Shown in pieces: positions 1 to 13,600 of a DNA stretch of 64,000 nt (position 1 is its first letter; the number at the start of each line of letters is the position of its first letter). The notes beneath the pieces are model-generated. The model ran no database searches and was not told the DNA's origin. It saw nothing but the letters and a program-made list of their open reading frames with translations. Source of the stretch: the human T2T-CHM13v2.0 reference genome, Homo sapiens. The stretch is taken from the NCBI RefSeq assembly GCF_009914755.1, contig NC_060948.1, one strand, 5' to 3'. The translations under genes and the position numbers were made by a program.

Positions 1-824
1 ACAGCCACGGAATGGAATGCACTCGAATGCAATGGAGTCGACACTAATGGACTGGAATAGAATGGACTCGACTGGTACGGACTCCAATGGAATGGAATCG
101 AATGGAAGGGAATCGAACGGAATGGACTCGAAGGGAAAAGACTGCAATGGAAAGGTCTCGAATGGAATGGAAATTAATGGAATGGAATGGAATCGAATGA
201 AATGGAGTCAAAAGGAATGGAATCGAATGGCAAGAAATTGAATGTAATGGAATCGCAAGGAATTGATGTGAACGGAACGGAATGGAATGGAATCGAAAGG
301 GATGGAATGGAATCGAATGGAAAGGACTCGAATGGAAATCACTCGAATAGAATGCAATTTAATAAAATAGGATCAAATGTAATGGAATGGAATGGAAAGG
401 AATCGAAACGAAAGGAATGGAGACAGATGGAATGGAATGGAACAGAGAGCAATGGTATAGAATGGAATGGAATCATCTGGAATGGAATTGAATGGAATGG
501 AATAAGATGAAATGGAATGGAATGGAATGGAATGCCCTTGAATTAAATGGACTGGAATGGAATGGACTCGAACAGAGTGGAATGGAATGTGTTGAAATAG
601 AATGGAATGGACTCCTTTGGAATGGTCTAGTATGCAATGCAATCGACTGGCAGAGAATCAAGAGGAATGTAATCGAATGGAAAGGACTGGAATGCAATGG
701 AATCGAATAGATTGGAAACGGAAAGCAAAGGAATGGAATGGAATAGTATGGAATGGAATGGAAAGGAATGGAGTGGAATAGACTAGAGTGGAATGGAATG
801 GACTCGAAAGCAATGGACTGGAAT

Positions 825-839
825 GGAACTTTCTTGAAT
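825..839. promoter_or_regulatory. Perfect heat-shock element motif 1 of the unit (GGAAC-TTTCT-TGAAT)
   Basis: Exact nGAAn-nTTCn-nGAAn match. Present at the same position in all units except U4 (GAAAC-TTTCT-TGAAT near 11476). Motif match only; binding is not shown. Confidence 0.55.
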
Positions 840-2663
840 GGACTGGAATCAAACGGAATGGAATGCAATGCAATCAAATGGCATGGAATAAAATAGAATG
901 AAAGAGAATCAAACGGAATTGAATCGAATGGAATCGAATGGATTGGAAAGGAATAGAATGGAATGGAATGGAATTGACTCAAATGGAATGGACTAGAATG
1001 GAATGGATTCGAATGGAAGGCAAAGGAATGGAATCTATTGGAATGGACTGTAATGGAATGGAATGTAAGGGATTGGAATGGACTCAAATGGAATGGACTG
1101 CAATAGAAAGGATTCGAATGGAATGAAAAAGAATTGAATGGAATAAAACAGAATGGAATCAAATCGAATGAAATGGAATGGAATAGAAAGGAATGGAAAG
1201 GATTCGAATGGAATGCAATCGAATGGAATGCAATCGAATGGAATGGAATCGAACGGAATGGAATAAAATGGAAGAAAACTGGCAAGAAATGGAATCGAAA
1301 TGAATGGAGTGTTATGGAACGGACTCAAAAGGAATTGAATGTAATAGAATGGAGTGGAGTGGACTCGAATATAATGGACTGGAATGGAATGAAATCACAT
1401 GGAATGGGAACGAATGGAATGGAATGGAAAGGAATGGAATCGAATGGAAAGGAATCGAATGGAAGGGAATGAAATTGAATCAACAGGAATGGAAGGGAGT
1501 AGAATAGACGGTAATGGAATGGACTCGAATAGAATGGACACGAATGCTCAAATTGAATGGACTCGAATGGAATGGAAACGAAAGGAATGTCATCGAATGG
1601 AATTGAATCGATTGGAATGAAATCACATAGAATGGAGTGGAATCAAATGGAATTGAATCGAAAGGAAAGGAAGCGAATGGACTGAAATGAAATGGAATGG
1701 AATTGAATGGAAATTAATGCAATGGAATAGAATGGAACGAAATTTCACGGAATGGAATCAAACTGAATGGAATCAAATCAATGGAATATAATCAAATGGA
1801 ATGGAAAGGAATTGAATGGAGTAGATTGGATTGGATGGGATTGGAATGAAATGCACTGGAAAGGACTCGAATTTCATGAAACGGAATGGAATGAATTGGA
1901 ACGGAATGGACTCGAATGGAATGGAATGTCACGGAATGGCATCAAATGGAATGGCATCAAATGGAATGGAATAGAATGCAATGGAATGCTATGGAATGGA
2001 ATGGAATGCATTGGAATGGAATGTCCTCTAATGGAATGCATTCGAGTGGAATGGAATCGAATATAATGGAGTCGAATGAAATGGAATTGAAAGGAATGGG
2101 ATCGAATACCATGTAATATACTGGAATGTAATGTAATGAACTCGAATGTAATTGACTGGAATGGAATGTACATGAATGGAATGTAATCGAATGGAAAGTA
2201 ATCCAATGGAATAGAATCTAATGCAATAAAATCGACTCAAATAGAATAGAATGTAATGGAATGGAGTGCATTGCAATGGAATGGAATGGAATGGAATGCA
2301 ATGGAATGGAATGGAATGGAATGGAATGGAATGGAATGGGATGGAATGGTATGGAATGGATAGTAATGGACTGGAGTGAAATGGACTGGAAAAGAATGGA
2401 CTCAAATTGAAAGGGCTCGAAAGGAATGGAGTCAAATGGAATGGTCTGGAATGGAATGAATACGAATGTAATGCAATCCAATAGAATGGAATCGAAAGTT
2501 ATGGAATATAAAGAATTGGAATCGAAGAGAATGGAAACAAATGGAATGGAATTGAATGGAATGGAATTGAATGGAATGGGAACGAATGGAGTGAAATTGT
2601 ATGCAGTAGAAGAGAATAGAATGGAATGCAAGCGAAAGGAAAGGAATGGATTGGAATGGAATG

Positions 2664-2707
2664 GAATTCATTGGAATGGAAGGGAATGTAGTGTAATGGA
2701 CAGGCCT
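2664..2707. other. Diagnostic once-per-unit EcoRI (GAATTC 2664-2669) and HaeIII/StuI (AGGCCT 2702-2707) landmark
   Basis: Read directly and repeated in every unit. It accounts for the classical ~3.4-3.6 kb male-specific restriction band of DYZ1. Confidence 0.85.
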
Positions 2708-3077
2708 GGAATAAAGTGGAATGCTACGGTCTCGAATGGAATAAAAATGTATGGAATAGAATGCAATGAAACGGAATCGAATGTCATAGAATGTAATGGA
2801 ATGCAAAAAAATGGAATCCAAAATCATTGACTGGAAAGGCTGGGTGTCGAAAGGAATTGCCTCCAATGGAATGGAATCGAATGGAATGGAAGTGAATAGA
2901 ATGGAACTAAATCGAATGGAATGGAATTGATAGGAACGGAATGGAAAGGAATGCAATGATTTGGCATGGAATGGAATCGAATGGCATCGAATGGAATGGA
3001 ATGGAATGCAATTGAATGGAATGTATTAGAATGTAATGAACTTTAATGTAATGTACTCGAATGGATTCGACTGGAAT

Positions 3078-3092
3078 GGAATGTTCTCGAAG
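3078..3092. promoter_or_regulatory. Perfect heat-shock element motif 2 of the unit (GGAAT-GTTCT-CGAAG here; GGAAT-GTTCT-GGAAG in most units)
   Basis: Exact nGAAn-nTTCn-nGAAn match, seen in all 18 units. Motif match only. Confidence 0.55.
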
Positions 3093-3347
3093 TGAATGGA
3101 CTCCAATGGAATGGATTCGAAAGGAATGGAATCTAATGGAATGGAATTAAATGGAAATGAATCAAATTGAATAGAACGGAATTGAATGGAATGGAATCGA
3201 ATGCAATGGAATCTAATGAAACGGAAAGGAAAGGAATGGAATGGATTGGAATGGAATGTGCTGGAATTGAATGGAATCGAAACGAATGGAATGGAGTCGA
3301 ACTGAAGAGACTGAAATGGAATGCACTGGAATGGAAGGGAGTGTAAT

Positions 3348-3362
3348 GGAAGGTTCTCGAAA
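3348..3362. promoter_or_regulatory. Perfect heat-shock element motif 3 of the unit (GGAAG-GTTCT-CGAAA)
   Basis: Exact nGAAn-nTTCn-nGAAn match, followed by an A7 tract and seen in all 18 units. Motif match only. Confidence 0.55.
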
Positions 3363-3534
3363 AAAATGGAATCGAAAGGAATGGAATTGAATGGAACGGA
3401 ATAGAGTCGAATGGAATTCAATGGAATGGAATGGACTAGAGTGAAATGGAATCGAACCACAAGGAATGGACAGGAACAGAATGGTCTCGAATTGAATGGA
3501 ATCGTATGGAATGGCATCAAACGGAATGGAATGG

Positions 3535-6500
3535 ACAGCAACGGAATGGAATGCACTCGAATGCAATGGAGTCGACACTAATGGACTGGAATAGAATGGA
3601 CTCGACTGGTACGGACTCCATTGAAATGGAATTGAATGGAAGGGAATGGAACGGAATGGACTCGAAGGGAAAAGACTGCAATGGAAAGGTCTCGAATGGA
3701 ATGGAAATTAATGGAATGGAATGGAATCGAATGAAATGGAGTCAAAAGGAATGGAATCGAATGGCAAGAAATCGAATGTAATGGAATCGCAAGGAATTGA
3801 TGTGAACGGAACGGAATCGAATGGAATCCAAAGGAATGGAATAGAATGGAATGGAATCGAATGGAAAGGACTCGAATGGAAATCACTCGAATAGAATGCA
3901 ATTTAATAAAATAGGATCAAATGTAATGGAATGGAATGGAAAGGAATCGAAACGAAAGGAATGGAGACAGATGGAATGGAATGGAACAGAGAGCAATGGT
4001 ATAGAATGGAATGGAATCATCTGGAATGGAATTGAATGGAATGGAATAATATGAAATGGAATGGAATGGAATGGAATGCCCTTGAATTAAATGGACTGGA
4101 ATGGAATGGACTCAAACAGAGTGGAATGGAAAGTGTTGAAATAGAATGGAATGGACTCGTTTGGAATGGTCTAGTATGCAATGCAATCGACTGGCAGGGA
4201 ATCAAGAGGAATGTAATCGAATGGATTGGACTGGAATGCAATGGACTCGAATAGATTGGAAACGGAATTCAAAGGAATGGAATGGAATAGTATGGAATGG
4301 AATGGAAAGGAATGGAGTGGAATAGACTAGAGTGGAATGGAATGGACTCGAAAGCAATGGACTGGAATGGAACTTTCTTGAATGGACTGGAATCAAACGG
4401 AATGGAATGCAATGCAATCAAATGGCATGGAATAAAATAGAATGAAAGAGAATCAAATGGAATTGAATCGAATGGAATCGAATGGATTGGAAAGGAATAG
4501 AATGGAATGGAATGGAATTGACTCAAATGGAATGGACTAGAATGGAATGGATTCGAATGGAAGGCAAAGGAATGGAATCTATTGGAATGGACTGTAATGG
4601 AATGGAATGGAAGGGATTGGAATGGACTCGAATGGAATGGACTGCAATAGAAAGGATTCGAATGGAATGAAAAAGAATTGAATGGAATAGAACAGAATGG
4701 AATCAAATCGAATGAAATGGAATGGAATAGAAAGGAATGGAATGAAATGGAATGGAAAGGATTCGAATGGAATGCAATCGAATGGAATGGAATCGAACGG
4801 AATGGAATAAAATGGAAGAAAACTGGCAAGAAATGGAATCGAAATGAATGGAGTGTTATGGAACGGACTCAAAAGGAATTGAATGTAATAGAATGGAGTG
4901 GAGTGGACTCGAATATAATGGACTGGAATGGAATGAAATCACATGGAATGGGAACGAATGGAATGGAATGGAAAGGAATAGAATCGAATGGAAAGGAATC
5001 GAATGGAAGGGAATGAAATTGAATCAACAGGAATGGAAGGGAATAGAATAGACGGTAATGGAATGGACTCGAATAGAATGGACACGAATGCTCAAATTGA
5101 ATGGACTCGAATGGAATGGAAACGAAAGGAATGTCATCGAATGGAATTGAATCGATTGGAATGAAATCGCATAGAATGGAGTGGAATCAAATGGAATTGA
5201 ATCAAAAGGAAAGGAAGCCAATGGACTGAAATGAAATGGAATGGAATGGAATGGAAAGTAATGCAATGGAATAGAATGGAACGAAATTTCACGGAATGGA
5301 ATGAAACTGAATGGAATCAAATCAATGGAATCTAATCAAGTGGAATGGAAAGGAATTGAATGGAGTAGATTGGATTGGATGGGATTGGAATGAAATGTAC
5401 TGGAAAGGACTCGAATTTCATGAAACGGAATGGAATGAATTGGAACGGAATGGACTCGAATGGAATGGAATGTCATGGAATGGCATCAAATGGAATGGCA
5501 TCAAATGGAATGGAATCGAATGCAATTGAATGCTATGGAATGGAATGGAATGCATTGGAATGGAATGTTCTCTAATGGAATGGATTCGAGTGGAATGGAA
5601 TCGAATATAATGGAGTCGAATGAAATGGAATTGAAAGGAATGGGATCGAATACAATGGAATATACTGGAATGTAATGTAATGAACTTGAATGTAATTGAC
5701 TGGAATGGAATGTACATGAATGGAATGTAATCGAATGGAAAGTAATCCAATGGAATAGAATCTAATGCAATAAAATCGACTCAGATAGAGTAGAATGTAA
5801 TGGAATGGAGTGCAGTGCAATGGAATGGAATGGAATGGAATGCAATGGAATGGAATGGAATGGAATGGAATGGAATGGAATGGAATGGAATGGAATGGAA
5901 TGGTGTGGAATGGATACTAATGGACTGGAGTGAAATGGACTGGAAATGAATGGACTCAAATTGAAAGGGCTCGAAAGGAATGGAGTCAAATGGAATGGTC
6001 TGGAATGGAATGAACACGAATGTAATGCAATCCAATAGAATGGAATCGAATGGCATGGAATATAAAGAAATGGAATCGAAGAGAATGGAAATAAATGGAA
6101 TGGAATTGAATGGAATGGAATTGAATGGAATGGGAACGAATGGAGTGAAATTGTATGCAGTAGAAGAGAATAGAATGGAATGCAAGCCAAAGGAAAGGAA
6201 TGGATTGGAATGGAATGGAATTCATTGGAATGGAAGGGAATGTAGTGTAATGGACAGGCCTGGAATAAAGTGGAATGCTACGGTCTCGAATGGAATAAAA
6301 ATGTATGGAATGGAATGCAATGAAACGGAATCGAATGTCATAGAATGTAATGGAATGCAAAAAAATGGAATCCAAAATCATTGACTGGAAAGGCTGGATG
6401 TCGAAAGGAATTGACTCCAATGGAATGGAATCGAATGGAATGGAAGTGAATAGAATCGAACTAAATCGAATGGAATGGAATTGATAGGAACGGAATGGAA

Positions 6501-7098
6501 AGGAATGCAATGATTTGGCATGGAATGGAAACGAATGGTATCTAATGGAATGGAATGGAATGTAATGGAATGGAATGTATTAGAATGTAATGAACTTTAA
6601 TGGAATGTACTCGAATGGATTCGACTGGAATGGAATGTTCTGGAAGTGAATGGACTCCAATGGAATGGATTGAAACGGAATGGAATCGTACGGAATGGAA
6701 TCTAATGGAATGGAATTAAATGGAAATGAATCAAATTGAATAGAACGGAATTGAATTGAATGGAATGGAATGCAATGGAATCTAATGAAACGGAAAGGAA
6801 AGGAATGGAATGGAATGGAATGGGCTGGAATGGAAAGGAATCGAAACGAATGGAATGGAATCGAACTGAAGGGACTGGAATGGAATGCACTGGAATGGAA
6901 GGGAGTGTAATGGAAGGTTCTCGAAAAAAATGGAATCGAATGGAATGGAATTGAATGGAACGGAATAGAGTCGAATGGAATTGAATGGAATGGAATGGAC
7001 TAGAGTGAAATGGAATCGAACCACAAGGAATGGACAGGAATAGAATGGTCTCGAATTGAATGGAATCGTATGGAATGGCATCAAACGGAATGGAATGG
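3535..7098 (+). repeat. Unit U2 (3564 bp)
   Basis: Landmarks at 3535 and 7099. Extra GAATTC at 4265-4270 and a (GGAAT)11 run at 5847-5901. Confidence 0.9.
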
Positions 7099-10000
7099 AC
7101 AGCCACGGAATGGAATGCACTCGAATGCAATGGAGTCGAAACTAATGGATGGAATAGAATGGACTTGACTGGTACGGACTCCAATGGAATGGAATCGAAT
7201 GGAAGGGAATCGAACGGAATGGACTCGAAGGGAAAAGACTGCAATGGAAAGGTCTCCAATGGAATGGAAATTAATGGAATGGAATGGAATCGAATGAAAT
7301 GGAGTCAAAAGGAATGGAATCGAATGGCAAGAAATCGAATGTAATGGAATCGCAAGGAATTGATGTGAACTGAACGGAATGGAATGGAATCCAAAGGAAT
7401 GGAATAGAATGGAATGGAATCGAATGGAAAGGACTCGAATGGAAATCACTCGAATAGAATGCAATTTAATAAAATAGGATTAAATGTAATGGAATGGAAT
7501 GGAAAGGAATCGAAACGAAAGGAATGGAGACAGATGGAATGGAATGGAACAGAGAGCAATGGTATAGAATGGAATGGAATCATCTGGAATGGAATTGAAT
7601 GGAATGGAATAATATGAAATGGAATGGAATGGAATGGAATGGAATGCCCTTGAATTAAATGGACTGGAATGGAATGGACTCGAACAGAGTGGAATGGAAA
7701 GTGTTGAGATAGAATGGAATGGACTCCTTCGGAATGGTGTAGTATGCAATGCAATCGACTGGCAGGGAATCAAAAGGAATGTAATGGAATGGATTGGACT
7801 GGAATGCAATGGACTCGAATAGATTGGAAACGGAATGCAAAGGAATGGAATGGAATAGTATGGAATGGAATGGAAAGGAATGGAGTGGAATAGACTAGAG
7901 TGGAATGGAATGGACTGGAAAGCAATGGACTGGAATGGAACTTTCTTGAATGGACTGGAATCAAACGGAATGGAATGCAATGCAATCAAATGGCATAGAA
8001 TAAGATAGAATGAAAGAGAATCAAATGGAATTGAATGGAATGGAATCAAATGGATTGGAAAGGAATAGAATGGAATGGAATGGAATTGACTCAAATGGAA
8101 TGGACTAGAATGGAATGGATTCGAATGGAAGGCAAAGGAATGGAATCTATTGGAATGTACTGTAATGGAATGCAATGGAAGGGATTGGAATGGACTCGAA
8201 TGGAATGGACTGCAATAGAAAGGATTCGAATGGAATGAAAAAGAATTGAATGGAATAGAACAGAATGGAATCAAATCGAATGAAATGGAATGGAATAGAA
8301 AGGAATGGAATGAAATGGAATGGAAAGGATTCGAATGGAATGCAAACGAATGGAATGGAATCGAACGGAATGGAATAAAATGGAAGAAAACTGGCAAGAA
8401 ATGGAATCGAAATGAATGGAGTGTTATGGAAGGGACTCAAAAGGAATTGAATGTAATAGAATGGAGTGGAGTGGACTCGAATATAATGGACTGGAATGGA
8501 ATGAAATCACATGGAATGGGAACGAATGGAATGGAATGGAAAGGAATGGAATCGAATGGAAAGGAATCGATTGGAAGGGAATGAAATTGAACCAACAGGA
8601 ATGGAAGGGATTAGAATAGACCGTAATGGAATGGACTCGAATAGAATGGACACGAATGCTCAAATTGAATGGACTCGAATGGAATGGAAACGAAAGGAAT
8701 GTCATCGAATGGAATTGAATCGATTGGAATGAAATCGCATAGAATGGAGTGGAATCAAATGGAATTGAATCGAAAGGAAAGGAAGCGAATGGACTGAAAT
8801 GAAATGGAATGGAATTGAATGGAAAGTAATGCAATGGAATAGAATGGAACGAAATTTCACGGAATGGAATCAAACTGAATGGAATCAAATCAATGGAATC
8901 AAATCAAATGGAATGGAAAGGAATTGAATGGAGTAGATTGGATTGGATGGGATTGGAATGAAATGTACTGGAAAGGACTCGAATTTCATGAAACGGAATG
9001 GAATGAATTGGAACGGAATGGACTCGAATGGAATGGAATGTCATGGAATGGCATCAAATGGAATGGCATCAAATGGAATGGAATCGAATGCAATGGAATG
9101 CTATGGAATGGAATGGAATGCATTGGAATGGAATGTCCTCTAATGGAATGGATTCGAGTGGAATGGAATCGAATATAATGGAGTCGAATGAAATGGAATT
9201 GAAAAGAATGGGATCGAATACAATGGAATATACTGGAATGTAATGTAATGAACACGAATGTAATTGTCTGGAATGGAATGTATATGAATGGAATGTAATC
9301 GAATGGAAAGTAATCCAATGGAATAGAATCTAATGCAATAAAATCGACTCAGATAGAGTAGAATGTAATGGAATGGAGTGCAGTGCAATGGAATGGAATG
9401 GAATGGAATGCAATGGAATGGAATGGAATGGAATGGAATGGGATGGAATGGTATGGAATGGATAGTAATGGACTGGAGTGAAATGGACTGGAAAGGAATG
9501 GACTCAAATTGAAAGGGCTCGAAAGGAATGGAGACAAACGGAATGGTCTGGAATGGAATGAACACGAATGTAATGCAATCCAATAGAATGGAGTCGAATG
9601 GCATGGAATATAAAGAAATGGAATCGAAGAGAATAGAAACAAATGGAATGGAATTGAATGGAATGGAATTGAATGGAATGGGAACGAATGGAGTGAAATT
9701 GTATGCACTAGAAGAGAATAGAATGGAATGCAAGTGAAAGGAAAGGAATGGATTGGAATGGAAAGGAATTCATTGGAATGGAAGGGAATGTAGTGTAATG
9801 GACAGGCCTGGAATAAAGTGGAATGCTACGGTCTCGAGTGGAATAAAAATGTATGGATTGGAATGCAATGAAACGGAATCGAATGTCATAGAATGTAATG
9901 GAATGCAAAAAAATGGAATCCAAAATCATTGACTGGAAAGGCTGGGTGTCGAAAGGAATTGACTCCAATGGAATGGAATCGAATGGAATGGAAGTGAATA

Positions 10001-10646
10001 GAATCGAACTAAATCGAATGGAATGGAATTGATAGGAACGGAATGGAAAGGAATGCAATGATTTGGCATGGAATGGAATCGAATGGCATCGAATGGAATG
10101 GAATGGAATGCAATGGAATGGAATGTATTAGAATGTAATGAACTTTAATGGAATGTACTCGAAAGGATTTGACTGGAATGGAATGTTCTGGAAGTGAATG
10201 GACTCCAATGGAATGGATTCGAAAGGAATGGAATCGTACGGAATGGAATCTAATGGAATGGAATTAAATGGAAATGAATCAAATTGAATAGCACGGAATT
10301 GAATTGAATGGAATGGAATGCAATGGAATCTAATGAAACGGAAAGGAAAGGAATGCAATGGAATGGAATGGGCTGGAATGGAAAGGAATCGAAACGAATG
10401 GAATGGAATCGAACTGAAGAGACTGGAATGGAATGCACTGGAATGGAAGGGAGTGTAATGGAATGTTCTCGAAAAAAATGGAATCGAATGGAATGGAATT
10501 GAGTGGAACGGAATAGAGTCGAATGGAATTGAATGGAATGGAATGGACTAGAGTGAAATGGAATCGAACCACAAGGAATGGACAGGAATAGAATGGTCTC
10601 GAATTGAATGGAATCGTATGGAATGGCATCAAACGGAATGGAATGG
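7099..10646 (+). repeat. Unit U3 (3548 bp)
   Basis: Landmarks at 7099 and 10647. Private 1-bp deletion GGACT>GGAT at 7147-7150. Confidence 0.9.
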
Positions 10647-13600
10647 ACAGCCACGGAATGGAATGCACTCGAATGCAATGGAGTCGAAACTAATGGACTG
10701 GAATAGAATGGACTCGACTGGTACGGACTCCAATGGAATGGAATCGAATGGAAGGGAATCGAACGGAATGGACTCGAAGGGAAAAGACTGCAATGGAACG
10801 GTCTCGAATGGAATGGAAATTAATGGAATGGAATGGAATCGAATGAAATGGAGTCAAAAGGAATGGAATCGAATGGCAAGAAATCGAATGTAATGGAATC
10901 GCAAGGAATTGATGTGAACGGAACGGAATGGAATGGAATCCAAAGGAATGGAATAGAATGGAATGGAATCGAATGGAAAGGACTCGAATGGAAATCACTC
11001 GAATAGAATGCAATTTAATAAAATAGGATCAAATGTAATGGAATGGAATGGAAAGGAATCGAAACGAAAGGAATGGAGACAGATGGAATGGAATGGAACA
11101 GATAGCAATGGTATACAATGGAATGGAATCATCTGGAATGGAATTGAATGGAATGGAATAATATGAAATGGAATGGAATGGAATGGAATGGAATGCCCTT
11201 GAATTAAATGGACTGGACTCGAACAGAGTGGAATGGAAAGTGTTGAGATAGAATGGAATGGACTCCTTTGGAATGGTCTAGTATGCAATGCAATCGACTG
11301 GCAGGGAATCAAAAGGAATGTAATGGAATTGATTGGACTGGAATGCAATGGACTCGAATAGATTGGAAACGGAATGCAAAGGAATGGAATGGAATAGTAT
11401 GGAATGGAATGGAAAGGAATGGAGTGGAATAGACTAGAGTGGAATGGAATGGACTGGAAAGCAATGGACTGGAATGAAACTTTCTTGAATGGACTGGAAT
11501 CAAACGGAATGGAATGCAATGCAATCAAATTTCATGGAATAAGATAGAATGAAAGAGAATCAAATGGAATTGAATCGAATGGAATCGAATGGATTGGAAA
11601 GGAAGAGAATGGAATGGAATGGAATTGACTCAAATGGAATGGACTAGAATGGAATGGATTCGAATGGAAGGCAAAGGAATGGAATCTATTGGAATGGACT
11701 GTAATGGAATGGAATGGAAGGGATTGGAATGGACTCGAATGGAATGGACTGCAATAGAAAGGATTCGAATGGAATGAAAAAGAATTGAATGGAATAGAAC
11801 AGAATGGAATCAAATCGAATGAAATGGAATGGAATAGAAAGGAATGGAATGAAATGGAATGGAAAGGATTCGAATGGAATGCAATCGAATGGAATGGAAT
11901 CGAACGGAATGGAATAAAATGGAAGAAAACTGGCAAGAAATGGAATCGAAATGAATGGAGTGTTATGGAACGGACTCAAAAGGAATTGAATGTAATAGAA
12001 TGGAGTGGAGTGGACTCGAATATAATGGACTGGAATGGAATGAAATCACATGGAATGGGAACGAATGGAATGGAAAGGAATGGAATCGAATGTAAAGGAA
12101 TCGAACGGAAGGGAATGAAATTGAATCAACAGGAATGGAAGGGAATAGAATAGACTGTAATGGAATGGACACGAATAGAATGGACACGAATGCTCAAATT
12201 GAATGGACTCGAATGGAATGGAAAGGAAAGGAAAGTCATCGAATGGAATTGAATCGATTGGAATGAAATCGCATAGAATGGAGTGGAATCAAATGGAATT
12301 GAATCGAAAGGAAAGGAAGCGAATGGACTGAAATGAAATGGAATGGAATTGAATGGAAAGTAATGCAATGGAATAGAATGGAACGAAATTTCACGGAATG
12401 GAATCAAACTGAATGGAATCAAATCAATGGAATCTAATCAAATGGAATGGAAAGGAATTGAATGGAGTATATTGGATTGGATGGGATTGGAATGAAATGT
12501 ACTGGAAAGGACTCGAATTTCATGAAACGGAATGGAATGAATTGGAACGGAATGGACTCGAATGGAATGGAATGACATGGAATGGCATCAAATGGAATGG
12601 CATCAAATGGAATGGAATCGAATACAATGGAATGCTATGGAATGGAATGGAATGCATTGGAATGGAATGTCCTCTAATGGAATGGATTCGAGTGGAATGG
12701 AATCGAATATAATGGAGTCGAATGAAATGGAATTGAAAGGAATGGGATCGAATAGAATGGAATATACTGGAATGTAATGTAATGAACTCGAATGTAATTG
12801 ACTGGAATGGAATGTACATGAATGGAATGTAATCGAATGGAAAGTAATCCAATGGAATAGAATCTAATGCAATAAAATCGACTCAGATAGAGTAGAATGT
12901 AATGGAATGGAGTGCAGTGCAATGGAATGGAATGGAATGGAATGCAATGGAATGGAATGGAATGGAATGGAATGGAATGGAATGGGATGGAATGGGATGG
13001 AATGGTATGGAATGGATAGTAATGGACTGGAGTGAAATGGACTGGAAAGGAATGGACTCAAATTGAAAGGGCTCGAAAGGAATGGAGACAAATGAAATGG
13101 TCTGGAATGGAATGAACACGAATGTAATGCAATCCAATAGAATGGAGTCGAATGGCATGGAATATAAAGAAATGGAATCGAAGAGAATGGAAACAAATGG
13201 AATGGAATTGAATGGAATGGAATTGAATGGAATGGGAACGAATGGAGTGAAATTGTATGCAGTAGAAGAGAATAGAATGGAATTCAAGCGAAAGGAAAGG
13301 AATGGATTGGAATGGAATAGAATTCATTGGAATGGAAGGGAATGTAGTGTAATGGACAGGCCTGGAATAAAGTGGAATGCTACGGTCTCGAATGGAATAA
13401 AAATGTATGGAATGGAATGCAATGAAACGGAATCGAATGTCATCGAATGTAATGGAATGCAAAAAAATGGACTCCAAAATCATTGACTGGAAAGGCTGGG
13501 TGTCGAAAGGAATTGACTCCAATGGAATGGAATCGAATGGAATGGAAGTGAATAGAATCAAACTAAATCGAATGGAATGGAATTGATAGGAACGGAATGG

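Larger units (their letters stand above)
1..3534 (+). repeat. Unit U1 (3534 bp), most divergent copy
   Basis: Landmark ACAGCCACGG at 1, next (ACAGCAACGG) at 3535. Many private substitutions and loss of the CGTAC block near 3130. Unit phase is arbitrary. Confidence 0.9.

Noticed and set aside
354-372. AT-rich GCAATTTAATAAAATAGG and other AATAAA hexamers as TATA or polyadenylation signals
   Set aside because: AATAAA arises easily from GGAAT-AAAAT variants, and there is no supporting promoter or downstream element. It cannot be supported without transcript data.
1735-1885. Additional HSE-like sites CGAAATTTCACGG and GAATTTCATGAAA
   Set aside because: Only two of three nGAAn units match with correct spacing, so they were not counted as perfect HSEs.
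1-3534. Possible internal ~1.8 kb half-unit duplication
   Set aside because: I could not match distinctive landmarks at a consistent half-unit offset by eye. An autocorrelation on non-consensus pentamers would be needed.
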